64,000 nucleotides of DNA from Methanobacteriota archaeon (GCA_028355015.1 JAOMRN010000001.1:129229-193228), one strand, 5' to 3'; counted from the first letter of the stretch, positions 39,917-48,199 are shown. The notes: generated from the sequence alone by a model not told the origin. Made by a program: numbers and translations.

Positions 39917-40714
39917 ATGGAGATGCCGGAGTTAGTCTGGGGTGAATATCATTTCAAAGACCCAGAGGTTGGTAAAATCATCTTTTGGCCACATATCCCA
40001 TGTTTACGCATGCCTTCTAAATTAAGATCTCATTCTAGTTTCCATGGAATTGCATTTATGACCTCATCAATAGATTTGAAGTCATGGATAGTTGAAGCAG
40101 AGCAAGAACAAGATAGTCCCGGAGTTCATCGTGATTCTGCGATTGCATCAGGAACTGTACTTGGAAGATTAATGAGTGATTTGAATGAATTAGATGTAGA
40201 TGGGCCAATGATTCCCGACCCCGAACAAATACGTTTACTTTTACATGCTCAAAACTCAAGAGGGGGCATTCCCGTTTATGCTATTGAACCAAGTCTTGAT
40301 GATGAAAAATGGGTTGAATGGCAGATAAATAGTGCAGATCAACAAGTGACCTATTCTAATTTAATCCTTACTTTAACTACCGGTCGGCGTTGGAAAAAAA
40401 TAAGAAAAAATGCAATTAGTTCAGTTTCATTATCTAAGGGTGTTAATGCTGATTTAGGGGCTGCATCAGCATCAGCAGCGACATGGTGGATAGAAGAGCA
40501 GCGAGGTATTTCTGAAGAATTAGTTGCTTTGAGAGATAATAGATTTGTTTCTCGAATAAGAGGAGCATTAAGAGACCTACACAATAGTAGGGTTGATGAT
40601 ACTGAAGCACAGGAGACTACTTTGTTAGTACCCATCCATCAGGCTTGGCTGCCTTCCATAAAGAAGGCAATTGGTTCTTGTTTGGATATTGAATTGATAA
40701 ATCCGGAGGAGTAA
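39917..40714 (+). CDS. Hypothetical protein
   Basis: 265-aa ORF. No motif recognised. Confidence 0.45.
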   Translation: MEMPELVWGEYHFKDPEVGKIIFWPHIPCLRMPSKLRSHSSFHGIAFMTSSIDLKSWIVEAEQEQDSPGVHRDSAIASGTVLGRLMSDLNELDVDGPMIPDPEQIRLLLHAQNSRGGIPVYAIEPSLDDEKWVEWQINSADQQVTYSNLILTLTTGRRWKKIRKNAISSVSLSKGVNADLGAASASAATWWIEEQRGISEELVALRDNRFVSRIRGALRDLHNSRVDDTEAQETTLLVPIHQAWLPSIKKAIGSCLDIELINPEE

Positions 40715-40716
40715 AT

Positions 40717-41244
40717 ATGGATGAGACAAAAATAAATTTAGATATTGAAACACAGACTTTTCGTTTTACTTCATCTAAACCAATTAATCAAGATGAAGCA
40801 GTTAGTCTAGCGAATGGTGTCTTATCTGGAGAATATGTAGTTATAATTCATGAAAATCCACATGCAACACTAGTAATAGAGCCCGAAGGTTCTGTTTTAG
40901 TGCATGGAATCTCAAGAAGTGAAGTTGCCCGCCTCGCGGTCCAAGAATTACTGCTGACATTAGGGATGTCAGATGAATGGTTAATTGTAGATTCGGGAGA
41001 AATGATTATCCGTTTCTCAATAGGTAGAGCAGTATTGATGGATTTAGCGGCAGATAGGTTTTCTGAGATCAATTATGATACTCGAATTGGAGCCTTAAGA
41101 ATAAATGCAGAAAGGCATAAGTGTACAATTTTATTATTCAATAACGGCCATGGTGTGATTCTCAAACAAACATCCAAGAGAATTGCTGAAATGGCAATAA
41201 GATATTGGTCATCACAATTAGACGATGAAGGCGCATTGGCGTGA
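40717..41244 (+). CDS. Divergent two-repeat TBP-fold (TATA-binding-protein-like) protein
   Basis: 175 aa. Two internal repeats end in 'ATLVIEPEGSVLVHGISRSEVARLAVQELL' and 'CTILLFNNGHGVILKQTSKRIAEMAIRYW'. These resemble the 'LLIFSSGK.V.TGAKS......A' strand-helix units of TBP. Confidence 0.4.
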   Translation: MDETKINLDIETQTFRFTSSKPINQDEAVSLANGVLSGEYVVIIHENPHATLVIEPEGSVLVHGISRSEVARLAVQELLLTLGMSDEWLIVDSGEMIIRFSIGRAVLMDLAADRFSEINYDTRIGALRINAERHKCTILLFNNGHGVILKQTSKRIAEMAIRYWSSQLDDEGALA

Positions 41245-42134
41245 GAAATATGTTTGAGAATGGTCGGTGGATAGGGCCGATATTAGACCAACACATGCAT
41301 CTTGATCGAAATAATCGTTTTTTTGAGGCGATTAATGAATTTGTTATTTCAGGTGGTACTGCAATTAATTTGGTACACAAACCCGATTTCTCTAATCTCC
41401 CAGAGTCTCCTTCTGATTATAGAAAAGCATACCAAAATACTTTACAAATGGCCGCAGAAGTACGTGATAAATTTGGAATCAGTGTCTCTGTGATACTTGG
41501 ACCTCATCCAGTAGCATGGGAGCATCAAATTCATACTATAGGTTTAGAAAAATCTAGCTCTCTTCATCTCCAAGCGGTTAAGATCGCATTAGAATACATT
41601 TCTTCTGGAGATGCGATATGTTTGGGAGAAGTCGGGCGCCCTCACTATCCAGTAAGTGATGAAATTTGGACAGCCTCTAATGAGTTATTGTTAGAAATAA
41701 TGAAATTAGCAGCAGAAGCAAAAACAAGTATACAATTACACGTGGAAGATAATGGTGAGGAAACATATTCTGATCTAGCAACACTTTGTGACAAAGCCAA
41801 ATTATCTAGGCATCTTGCTATAAGGCATTATGCTCCTGCGGATATTAGTGAGGAATTCACTCATGGTTTAAGTGCAACTGTAAGTGTAGGAAAGGGCAGC
41901 CTATCAAAAATTGTTGAAACACTTCCAAGGTCTAATTCATATTGGGGAATGGAGACAGATTTCTTAGATGATGAAAAAAGACCAGGTGCAGTACTCGGCC
42001 CTAAGACAATACCCAAAAGAACTCATCAATTATCCAGTTTGTTAATTGAGAATGGTTATTCAGAAGATCAAGTCTCCGAGATTTTAAATAATATCCATTT
42101 TAATTGGCCTCAGATTCTTTATTCAATTATGTGA
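41241..42134 (+). CDS. TIM-barrel metal-dependent hydrolase (TatD-related)
   Basis: 297 aa with an N-terminal 'DQHMHLD' and later His/Glu/Asp ligand candidates. Confidence 0.45.
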   Translation: MRNMFENGRWIGPILDQHMHLDRNNRFFEAINEFVISGGTAINLVHKPDFSNLPESPSDYRKAYQNTLQMAAEVRDKFGISVSVILGPHPVAWEHQIHTIGLEKSSSLHLQAVKIALEYISSGDAICLGEVGRPHYPVSDEIWTASNELLLEIMKLAAEAKTSIQLHVEDNGEETYSDLATLCDKAKLSRHLAIRHYAPADISEEFTHGLSATVSVGKGSLSKIVETLPRSNSYWGMETDFLDDEKRPGAVLGPKTIPKRTHQLSSLLIENGYSEDQVSEILNNIHFNWPQILYSIM

Positions 42135-42355
42135 AACGCGAACTTAAGTTTTGGAGTAAATGTCATCACGCCTCCTCCTAAGAACATGAGGACACAGATA
42201 GCAAAAAAATCAAATTCACCTATTGGTAAGGGACGATTAATTACTTCTTGTATTACTAATCTTAGTATTGGTCCATTTATTGGTAAGAAGAGTACCATAA
42301 ACAAAATACCAATTCTCTGACGTACAAGCATAATACTCCGATATGCTACTAACAT
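42119..42355 (-). CDS. Small hydrophobic protein
   Basis: 78-aa ORF with 2-3 TM-like segments. Confidence 0.35.
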   Translation of the reverse strand: MLVAYRSIMLVRQRIGILFMVLFLPINGPILRLVIQEVINRPLPIGEFDFFAICVLMFLGGGVMTFTPKLKFAFHIIE

Positions 42356-42409
42356 TTGAACAGATGTAACCGAACTAGTTTAGAAAGGCCCTATGCTCGG
42401 ACGGTCAAC

Positions 42410-42484
42410 GCGCCTGTAGTGAAGGGGTTATCACCTGAGGTTTCCAACCTCATGTCCCGGGTTCAAATCCCGGCGGGCGCACCA
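42410..42484 (+). tRNA. tRNA-Gly (anticodon UCC), CCA encoded
   Basis: Hand-folded. Acceptor is GCGCCUG/CGGGCGC. D stem is GUGA/UCAC. Anticodon stem is UGAGG/CCUCA with loop UUUCCAA. T arm is CCGGG-UUCAAAU-CCCGG. The 3' end is ACCA. Confidence 0.9.
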
Positions 42485-42542
42485 AAATAATCACAAACTT
42501 CTAATCTATCATATTGAAACACCTTTCCCCCTCCGTCAGACT

Positions 42543-44429
42543 ATGTCTGACAAGGAAGTCACTACGATGTCTAATGAAATTGGAATAAGTAAAGATAGTT
42601 CTGATATCGTAGACGATAAACAAATAGTCGGTCGTAAAATCTGGAGAATAGTACCATATTTGAAGAGATATTGGAAAAGAGCATTGGGTGGAGTAGTTAC
42701 TAATGGTATAGCCCGAGCTTTCGACTTAATACCATTTGTTGCTATAGGGATGGCTGCTGATTATTATAGAGATGAACTAATTCCAGATTCAATTATTGGT
42801 GACTTTGTTACATCCGATATTCTTCCTTCCTTGGGCCCAATGAATTCAGTAGAGTTTGGTTTTGGTTTCTTGATTCTAATGTGTTTTACTTGTCTTGCTA
42901 TTTTCCAGGGTCTTAGTAATCAACTTTGGCAATCAACTGCTTACATGGCTCAACATGACATTCGAATGGATGCTACTGATTCATTGATGGCGATGGAAGC
43001 ATCATATTTCGAAACGCGACAAACTGGTAATCTGATGTCTGTTTTATCAGCTGATGTGGCTCAATTAGAAGATATAATTTCTGACGCTAGTACTAGTATG
43101 ATACGTTTAGTCATGACATTCGCCACTGCATTTGGTATTATGTTCTGGATGTCTCCCACTTTAGCTGTAATTTTATTCGCTCCTTTAGCCCTAATTGTTC
43201 CTATGGTAGTATGGTTTTCCACTAGAGTCCAACGTAAATATAGGAAGACAAGAGAAAGTACTGGAGGAATAGTAGCCATACTAGAAAACGTATTATCAGG
43301 TATAACCGTTGTACAAGCTTACAATGCTACTAGCTTTGAAAGTTCTAGGATAGGGCGACAAAGTGGAGATTATCGTGATCAATCTATTTCTGCGGCATTC
43401 GTTAGAAATCGTTTCATTCCCGGAATCTATGTTGTTGCAGGTATCTCATTCGGCCTTCTTGTTTCAGCAGGTGGGTGGGTTATGGCTTCAGGTGAGATCA
43501 CGGTGGGGCAGTTCGTCACATTTCTTTTGATATCAACTAGAATGACTATGCCTATGTTCATATTGGGTATGCTTCTTAATCAGTTACAGAAAGGTGAGGC
43601 TTCTTCCAAGAGAGTATTCGCAATAATTGATTTAGAACCATCAATTTACGATAAAGAAGGTGCCATTGAATTAGATGGACCAATAACCTCTATTTCTTTC
43701 GAGGATGTATCTTTCTCCTATCCCTCGTCTGAAGGAAATGTCCTCAATGGTATTTCTTTTACTGCATCTTCTGGTGATTCACTAGGCGTCATGGGACATA
43801 CCGGTGCAGGGAAAAGTACAATTCTAAAATTAGTAGAAAGGTTTTACGAGCCCCAGAGTGGTGAGATTCTAATTAATGGTATAAGTATAAATGAATATTC
43901 TATTAAATCTGTAAGGAATAGGATTGGTTTCGTATCTCAAGAACCATTCCTCTTTTTCGGTACCTTACGTGAAAATATAGCTTATGCGCGTGATGCCACT
44001 AATGATGAAATTAAGTCTGCTTTGGAAACAGCGGGTGCATTGGAATTCACCTCTAAATTACCTGAAGGAATTGATACGATGGTAGGTGATCGTGGTGTGA
44101 TGCTTTCAGGAGGCCAAAGAGCACGCATAAGTCTAGCGCGAGCACTTCTTAATAATCCTGATTTATTAATTCTCGATGAAGCAAGTGCTGCCTTAGATGC
44201 TGAAACTGAAAAGAGAATTCAACAATCTCTTTTCGGGGGATCTAATGGTGGTAAAAAGAGAATTACTATTGCCGTCGCCCATAGGTTGGCGACAATAAGA
44301 AACTCGGATGAAATAATTGCATTAGTTGATGGTGTTATTGTAGAACGTGGAATACATAATCAATTAATCGAAAATAACAATGTTTATGCATCTCAATGGT
44401 CAATTCAAACGGGGGAAATTGATTCTTAG
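42543..44429 (+). CDS. ABC exporter, fused TMD-NBD (MsbA/multidrug type)
   Basis: 628 aa with Walker A 'GHTGAGKST', signature 'LSGGQRARISLARAL' and Walker B 'LLILDEASAALD'. Confidence 0.9.
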   Translation: MSDKEVTTMSNEIGISKDSSDIVDDKQIVGRKIWRIVPYLKRYWKRALGGVVTNGIARAFDLIPFVAIGMAADYYRDELIPDSIIGDFVTSDILPSLGPMNSVEFGFGFLILMCFTCLAIFQGLSNQLWQSTAYMAQHDIRMDATDSLMAMEASYFETRQTGNLMSVLSADVAQLEDIISDASTSMIRLVMTFATAFGIMFWMSPTLAVILFAPLALIVPMVVWFSTRVQRKYRKTRESTGGIVAILENVLSGITVVQAYNATSFESSRIGRQSGDYRDQSISAAFVRNRFIPGIYVVAGISFGLLVSAGGWVMASGEITVGQFVTFLLISTRMTMPMFILGMLLNQLQKGEASSKRVFAIIDLEPSIYDKEGAIELDGPITSISFEDVSFSYPSSEGNVLNGISFTASSGDSLGVMGHTGAGKSTILKLVERFYEPQSGEILINGISINEYSIKSVRNRIGFVSQEPFLFFGTLRENIAYARDATNDEIKSALETAGALEFTSKLPEGIDTMVGDRGVMLSGGQRARISLARALLNNPDLLILDEASAALDAETEKRIQQSLFGGSNGGKKRITIAVAHRLATIRNSDEIIALVDGVIVERGIHNQLIENNNVYASQWSIQTGEIDS

Positions 44430-45135
44430 AGGTGATTTTTTGGAGATACAATGGATAACTGTAAATCCAGGGAAAGTATACCTTGGCTCTGACAATCGTT
44501 CAATTATTTTTGGAGGAATTGGTCCTCGTCATGAAGTAAAAATTGATTATGAATACGAGATTTCATTCTTGCCTATTTCTCGAGAAAATGCTTCTAAGAT
44601 ATTAGAATCAACTGACTGTTATATTGCTTCTGAATCAGAGTGGGAGTTAGCATTCCAACAGGATTTAATTTCGGGAAATAATGAATTAGAAGAACTATCC
44701 GATCGAATAAGGGGATCTTATTGGTCCAAATATTGTGATGGTAGATCATTCATAGAGGATGATTGGATAATGAAAGTCGCACGTACCTGGAGTTCTGGAA
44801 ATGTTTCTGCTAGTCCAATCAATAAAGATAATAATTCAGATTACATAAGGTTAGTTAAGAGACCTAGTAATGACATGTTTACTACCGAATCTCCACAATT
44901 GCCCGAATCTTCGAATAAGTCTCGATTAATTCTTGAAGAATCCGCTATCTCGCTAATTTTTGGCATAATACCTTCTTTTCTATGGGCTCACTTCAATGCG
45001 AGTGAGGGATATATTTTAGAAGGCTGGTTAAATCTTGTTTTTGGTGGTATTTTTATTGGGATATTCACAGTTATTTTTTGGAGACCTCGGACTAAATCAT
45101 GGCGAATAGGGAATAATTGCAACTCAATGAAGTAG
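44380..45135 (+). CDS. FGE/SUMF1-like domain protein with C-terminal TM helices
   Basis: 251 aa. 'PGKVYLGS...GPRHEVKIDYEYEIS' and 'ASESEWELAFQ' resemble the formylglycine-generating-enzyme fold. The start is ambiguous: the ATG at 44380 overlaps the ABC gene by 50 nt, and an in-frame TTG lies at 44440. Confidence 0.4.
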   Translation: MFMHLNGQFKRGKLILRGDFLEIQWITVNPGKVYLGSDNRSIIFGGIGPRHEVKIDYEYEISFLPISRENASKILESTDCYIASESEWELAFQQDLISGNNELEELSDRIRGSYWSKYCDGRSFIEDDWIMKVARTWSSGNVSASPINKDNNSDYIRLVKRPSNDMFTTESPQLPESSNKSRLILEESAISLIFGIIPSFLWAHFNASEGYILEGWLNLVFGGIFIGIFTVIFWRPRTKSWRIGNNCNSMK

Positions 45136-45293
45136 TTCTAATTCAAACTTTCCTCAACAATCTAGTATTCGCTTTCCTATATCAATTTTCCAATTCTTTC
45201 TATAAATCACTATCCTCAAAATCGTTTGGCTCTATTGTAAAAAGTGCTTTGATAAACTTCCAAAACATCTTACTCACTCCTTTCTCCCATTTT

Positions 45294-45962
45294 TTACCAC
45301 TCCTTTGTTCGAAACTTCCCCAATGTTCCATAGGTAATACTTTCTGATCTTGGGAAAGGAATTATGACGTTTTTCTCCATATTAATTCTTCTTAGATTTT
45401 GTATAATCCATTGGCAACCGAATGAAGCTGCATTGATGAAACCGAATTGAATATTTCCTGAATCTACTGCACCTTCATATTGACAAGATCCTGGCTTTTG
45501 ATTTTTATCTGTTACTTTATCTATTTCTAAATTTGTAACTGTGTTGTCAATAGCCATGAAATTATCTCCTCTACATCTCAGATCTACCCATCTACAATCT
45601 GTTGAATGAACGACCATTCTAGCTTCTGATGAATCTACGCAAACAACTATCAAGTCATTATCAACAATTTCTTGCTTATTTCTAACATCTTTGGCATGAG
45701 GAATTATTTCTAATCTTCCATTTTCAAAACATTTCAAATTCCTATAAGTTGCATTAACTTTCTTCTCACCTATGTTCGAAGGAAAAAATCTCTGATGAAA
45801 TATATTACTTTCTTCTACTTCATCCGAGTCATACAGATTAATTTTAATATTTTCAAATTTTGTTGCTAAGTCTCCTTGAGACAAAGATGGTATCAATAAT
45901 GCAGCTACATTTGAACCAATCCCACCGACCCCTATTATTGCTATACTTAATGCATGATTCAT
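45294..45962 (-). CDS. ThiF/MoeB/E1-like adenylyltransferase (minimal, 222 aa)
   Basis: It has the Rossmann loop 'IAIIGVGGIGSNVAALL' (45903-45938), then 'LYDSDEVEESNIFHQRFF', 'GEKKV' and 'DLIVVCVDSSEARMVV'. This is the canonical order of E1-superfamily motifs. The start overlaps the E2 stop as ATGA, and a GGAGGA Shine-Dalgarno sequence lies upstream. Confidence 0.8.
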   Translation of the reverse strand: MNHALSIAIIGVGGIGSNVAALLIPSLSQGDLATKFENIKINLYDSDEVEESNIFHQRFFPSNIGEKKVNATYRNLKCFENGRLEIIPHAKDVRNKQEIVDNDLIVVCVDSSEARMVVHSTDCRWVDLRCRGDNFMAIDNTVTNLEIDKVTDKNQKPGSCQYEGAVDSGNIQFGFINAASFGCQWIIQNLRRINMEKNVIIPFPRSESITYGTLGKFRTKEW

Positions 45963-46723
45963 TGAAAATCCTCCAAATTAGAAAATACATTTTCATATAA
46001 TTTCATCTGTGTTGTTTTTTGTGATTCTTCCCAATAACTCCAATCATTACTTATGTTTTTTAATATCAAATCTCTCTTATTTGCAAATGAAAATTCACTA
46101 TCAGTTTTATCCAATTCGATTAACCATTCACTATATTGACTTATTTTATTAAAATCTATACCTTCCGAATTATTACCTTGAAACCAACTAATTATAATTC
46201 CTTTAATCATAGCTGTTCTCAAAGTCCTCATGTTCCTATCAAGTACTGAAGTCATATCTTCAGACAAACAATTCATTACAGAAACAATATGATCACCGGA
46301 CCAAAAAAGATGGTTTACAGAAGTTTTTACATCTAAGCAAATATGCTGCCAGCGCCCCTCTGAATGATCATACCAATGTGTTTCGAAATGAATTAATTTT
46401 TGAAATGTGAATAAGATTGATTTTAGATTTCTGTGACTCAACTCAACTTTTTGAATTCTTTTAGATAATAGATTTGCAATTCTTGATTCGAAAGATAATG
46501 TTAATCTATAATTAATTCCAGATTCTCTGCCATTTATGAAAATATGACATTTTCTACTTGAGTCGTATCCATCATCTATCGTGCAATCAATCGCTGCTCC
46601 AATTCTTTTCCTCTCAGATTCAATCCATTCTAGTGATTTATTGTGTGCATCTAAATTAGGGGTAATATATCTAAAAATTCCATTCTTTCTCTCTGGTGTA
46701 TATTCTTCTTCATTTCCTATCAC
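45959..46723 (-). CDS. UBC-like E2 ubiquitin-conjugating-enzyme homolog
   Basis: 254 aa. 'KLIHFETHWYDHSEGRWQHICLDVKTSVNHLFWSGDHIVSVMNCL' parallels the eukaryotic E2 core 'F.T.I.HPNI...G.ICLDIL...WSPA..I..VL.SI'. The candidate catalytic Cys129 codon is at 46337-46339. The start is GTG with GGAGGTG 5 nt upstream. Confidence 0.65.
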   Translation of the reverse strand: MIGNEEEYTPERKNGIFRYITPNLDAHNKSLEWIESERKRIGAAIDCTIDDGYDSSRKCHIFINGRESGINYRLTLSFESRIANLLSKRIQKVELSHRNLKSILFTFQKLIHFETHWYDHSEGRWQHICLDVKTSVNHLFWSGDHIVSVMNCLSEDMTSVLDRNMRTLRTAMIKGIIISWFQGNNSEGIDFNKISQYSEWLIELDKTDSEFSFANKRDLILKNISNDWSYWEESQKTTQMKLYENVFSNLEDFQ

Positions 46724-46948
46724 TCAAACACCTCCTAAATTTTCGATTTTTTCTTCTTCCTCTAACACAAGAGCACGATATGCTGTAACTCCTGTCAAAA
46801 TTTCTCTTATCTTAATCAATATCGATAAGTTTCTTTCAATATAATTCGTTAATGATAAAATAGTATCTGGATCTAAATTATGTCCGTTATTTTCTATTAT
46901 CTGTATGATTAATTGTATATCATCTTTCATAGACAAATCTTCAATCAC
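46724..46948 (-). CDS. Small acidic protein of unknown function inside the Ubl operon
   Basis: 74 aa. The start is GTG with a GGAGGTGA Shine-Dalgarno sequence 6 nt upstream. It overlaps the JAB stop by 1 nt and abuts the E2 start. Confidence 0.5.
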   Translation of the reverse strand: MIEDLSMKDDIQLIIQIIENNGHNLDPDTILSLTNYIERNLSILIKIREILTGVTAYRALVLEEEEKIENLGGV

Positions 46949-47451
46949 TATTCATCACCTCCTAGATTATGATTAAGAATCCCATAATAGACCATTTTAG
47001 CTAATTTTGATTTGACATTATATGCCAGATATTCATTATGTCCTAATACGATGCATGAATTCATCACAGATTTCCATGCATTAATTGTCATCCAATCTCT
47101 TTCGCTGAAATATGCTCTTCCTGAAGGGTGAGTATGGATACAACATTTAATTGGTAATTGCATTTTATTACCATTAGTCAATTCATCTTCATGATTTATG
47201 AATGATACCAAAGAAGATGTCCCACTGCTAATGTATAAATCATCTTTATCATCAATAATAACCATCACTTCTATTTCATCTAGTTCGTCTACAGACGTTT
47301 TCCATATTGCTGTCATAAAGACTTCAGTGGAATTGTTAGGGAAGAGATATTCTATATCATCCGCCATATCATTATGTACATCTCGTATATGCTGCTTCCA
47401 ATCTACTTCATTTTCTATTATATTTTTATTTTTTATTTGTTTTATTTTCAT
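46948..47451 (-). CDS. JAB/MPN (JAMM) metallopeptidase
   Basis: 167 aa. 'HTHPSGRAYFSERD' (47095-47136) is an exact HxHx7Sx2D JAMM zinc motif. An AAGGAG Shine-Dalgarno sequence lies upstream of the ATG. Confidence 0.85.
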   Translation of the reverse strand: MKIKQIKNKNIIENEVDWKQHIRDVHNDMADDIEYLFPNNSTEVFMTAIWKTSVDELDEIEVMVIIDDKDDLYISSGTSSLVSFINHEDELTNGNKMQLPIKCCIHTHPSGRAYFSERDWMTINAWKSVMNSCIVLGHNEYLAYNVKSKLAKMVYYGILNHNLGGDE

Positions 47452-47544
47452 TTTATTTTCTCCTTTTTATTTATCCATCAACATAGAGTGTACCCTATCC
47501 TGACTTACGTTAATCCGGGCTCTTTCGAGCAAATAATCAGTCAA

Positions 47545-47754
47545 TCAACCGAACACAATACGTGGCATCACTCTCACGGTTCCAACTGTAGACCAATCTG
47601 CTTCAGCCAATTCTCCTGGCTCAATCATCTGTCCTCCAGCGAAAACCCAACGCTCATTGTCAGACACGAGATCAACAGTCTCTCTCTGAGTCAATAAAGC
47701 GATGGTGTGCCCCGTATGGTCAGCAATTTCGACTTTTGTCGTTATGTTTTCCAT
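47545..47754 (-). CDS. Ubiquitin-like beta-grasp protein (ThiS/MoaD-like) ending in a free C-terminal Gly
   Basis: 69 aa. The tail '...GTVRVMPRIVFG*' resembles the '..GD.V.I.PPV.GG' tails of ThiS/MoaD. The terminal Gly codon at 47548-47550 is followed directly by TGA. A GGAGGT Shine-Dalgarno sequence lies 7 nt upstream of the ATG. Genomic linkage to E1/E2/JAB supports the call. Confidence 0.6.
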   Translation of the reverse strand: MENITTKVEIADHTGHTIALLTQRETVDLVSDNERWVFAGGQMIEPGELAEADWSTVGTVRVMPRIVFG

Positions 47755-47846
47755 TACGTTACCTCCTTTTCTTCATATTTTTTTCTAGGTCTTGCACCTT
47801 CTCAAATGTCATTAACACGCCAACATTTACACATGTCCTCGTTCAA

Positions 47847-47963
47847 CTATTCCCAGTCTTGAGCTACAAATGCGCCACCAATCATTCCAGTGATTGGTGC
47901 ACAAGTCATTGTGCCCACGACCAAACCAACAGTTCCGCCTACGATCGCTTTTAGCAATCCCAT
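47847..47963 (-). CDS. Glycine-zipper hydrophobic micro-protein A (38 aa), unannotated in the ORF track
   Basis: My translation is MGLLKAIVGGTVGLVVGTMTCAPITGMIGGAFVAQDWE*. The ATG is at 47963-47961, with an AAGGAG Shine-Dalgarno sequence at 47975-47980 (minus-strand sense). It is preceded by a conserved leader repeat. Confidence 0.6.
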   Translation of the reverse strand: MGLLKAIVGGTVGLVVGTMTCAPITGMIGGAFVAQDWE

Positions 47964-47974
47964 AACATATCACG

Positions 47975-48080
47975 CTCCTTGTTTGTGTCGTCTCTGTGCC
48001 CGAGACACGAGCCCTGTTTCCTTTCTAACAGGAAGTCATCGCATTTGCGAATAGAGTGTGTTCGGTCACTCGTCACATCC
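47975..48080 (-). repeat. Leader repeat copy 1 (upstream of micro-protein A)
   Basis: It shares with copy 2 the blocks CTCCTTGT, CTGTGCCCGA, CCCTGTTTCCTTTC.AACAGGAAGTCATCG..TTTGCGAA and ACTCGTCA.AT (plus-strand reading). It contains the hairpin CCTGTT(48013-48018)/AACAGG(48027-48032). Confidence 0.8.
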
Positions 48081-48191
48081 GCCGTCATATCCGTCTATGC
48101 CGTCCCAGTTTCCTGCAAGCAGAATTGGGATTGCTAGCGGTCCAACAACGACCGCTGCAGTGCCTGCAGCTATCCATCTCAATATTCCTAT
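48066..48191 (-). CDS. Glycine-zipper hydrophobic micro-protein B (41 aa), paralog of A, with ATA at the position of A's ATG
   Basis: Translation (I/M)GILRWIAAGTAAVVVGPLAIPILLAGNWDGIDGYDGGCDE* aligns residue for residue with peptide A over the first ~18 aa. AAGGAGGTG lies upstream. The aligned start codon is ATA (48191-48189), and an in-frame TTG lies at 48182-48180. Confidence 0.45.
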   Translation of the reverse strand: MGILRWIAAGTAAVVVGPLAIPILLAGNWDGIDGYDGGCDE

Positions 48192-48199
48192 ATTTTCAC

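Noticed and set aside
42410-42484. tRNA-Gly(UCC) as the integration site (attB) of the island.
   Set aside because: The island starts about 2.8 kb away, beyond two ordinary-looking genes. I found no copy of the tRNA 3' end near 45.2 or 53.7 kb. No integrase or recombinase gene is present.
45117-45347. The 76-aa plus-strand ORF at the left edge of the island.
   Set aside because: It is low-complexity (Leu/Phe/Ser/Asn-rich), overlaps the 3' end of the E1 gene in antisense, and has no Shine-Dalgarno sequence or motif. It is probably non-coding.
46724-46741. The 74-aa operon protein ends '...NLGGV*' and the JAB protein ends '...LGGDE*'. These looked like ubiquitin-style di-glycine tails awaiting JAB processing.
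   Set aside because: In both cases the Gly-Gly codons are the GGAGGT Shine-Dalgarno sequence of the next, overlapping gene (TTAGGAGGTGTTTGAGTG and CTAGGAGGTGATGAATAGTG). The di-Gly is most simply a by-product of translational coupling, not evidence of a second Ubl.
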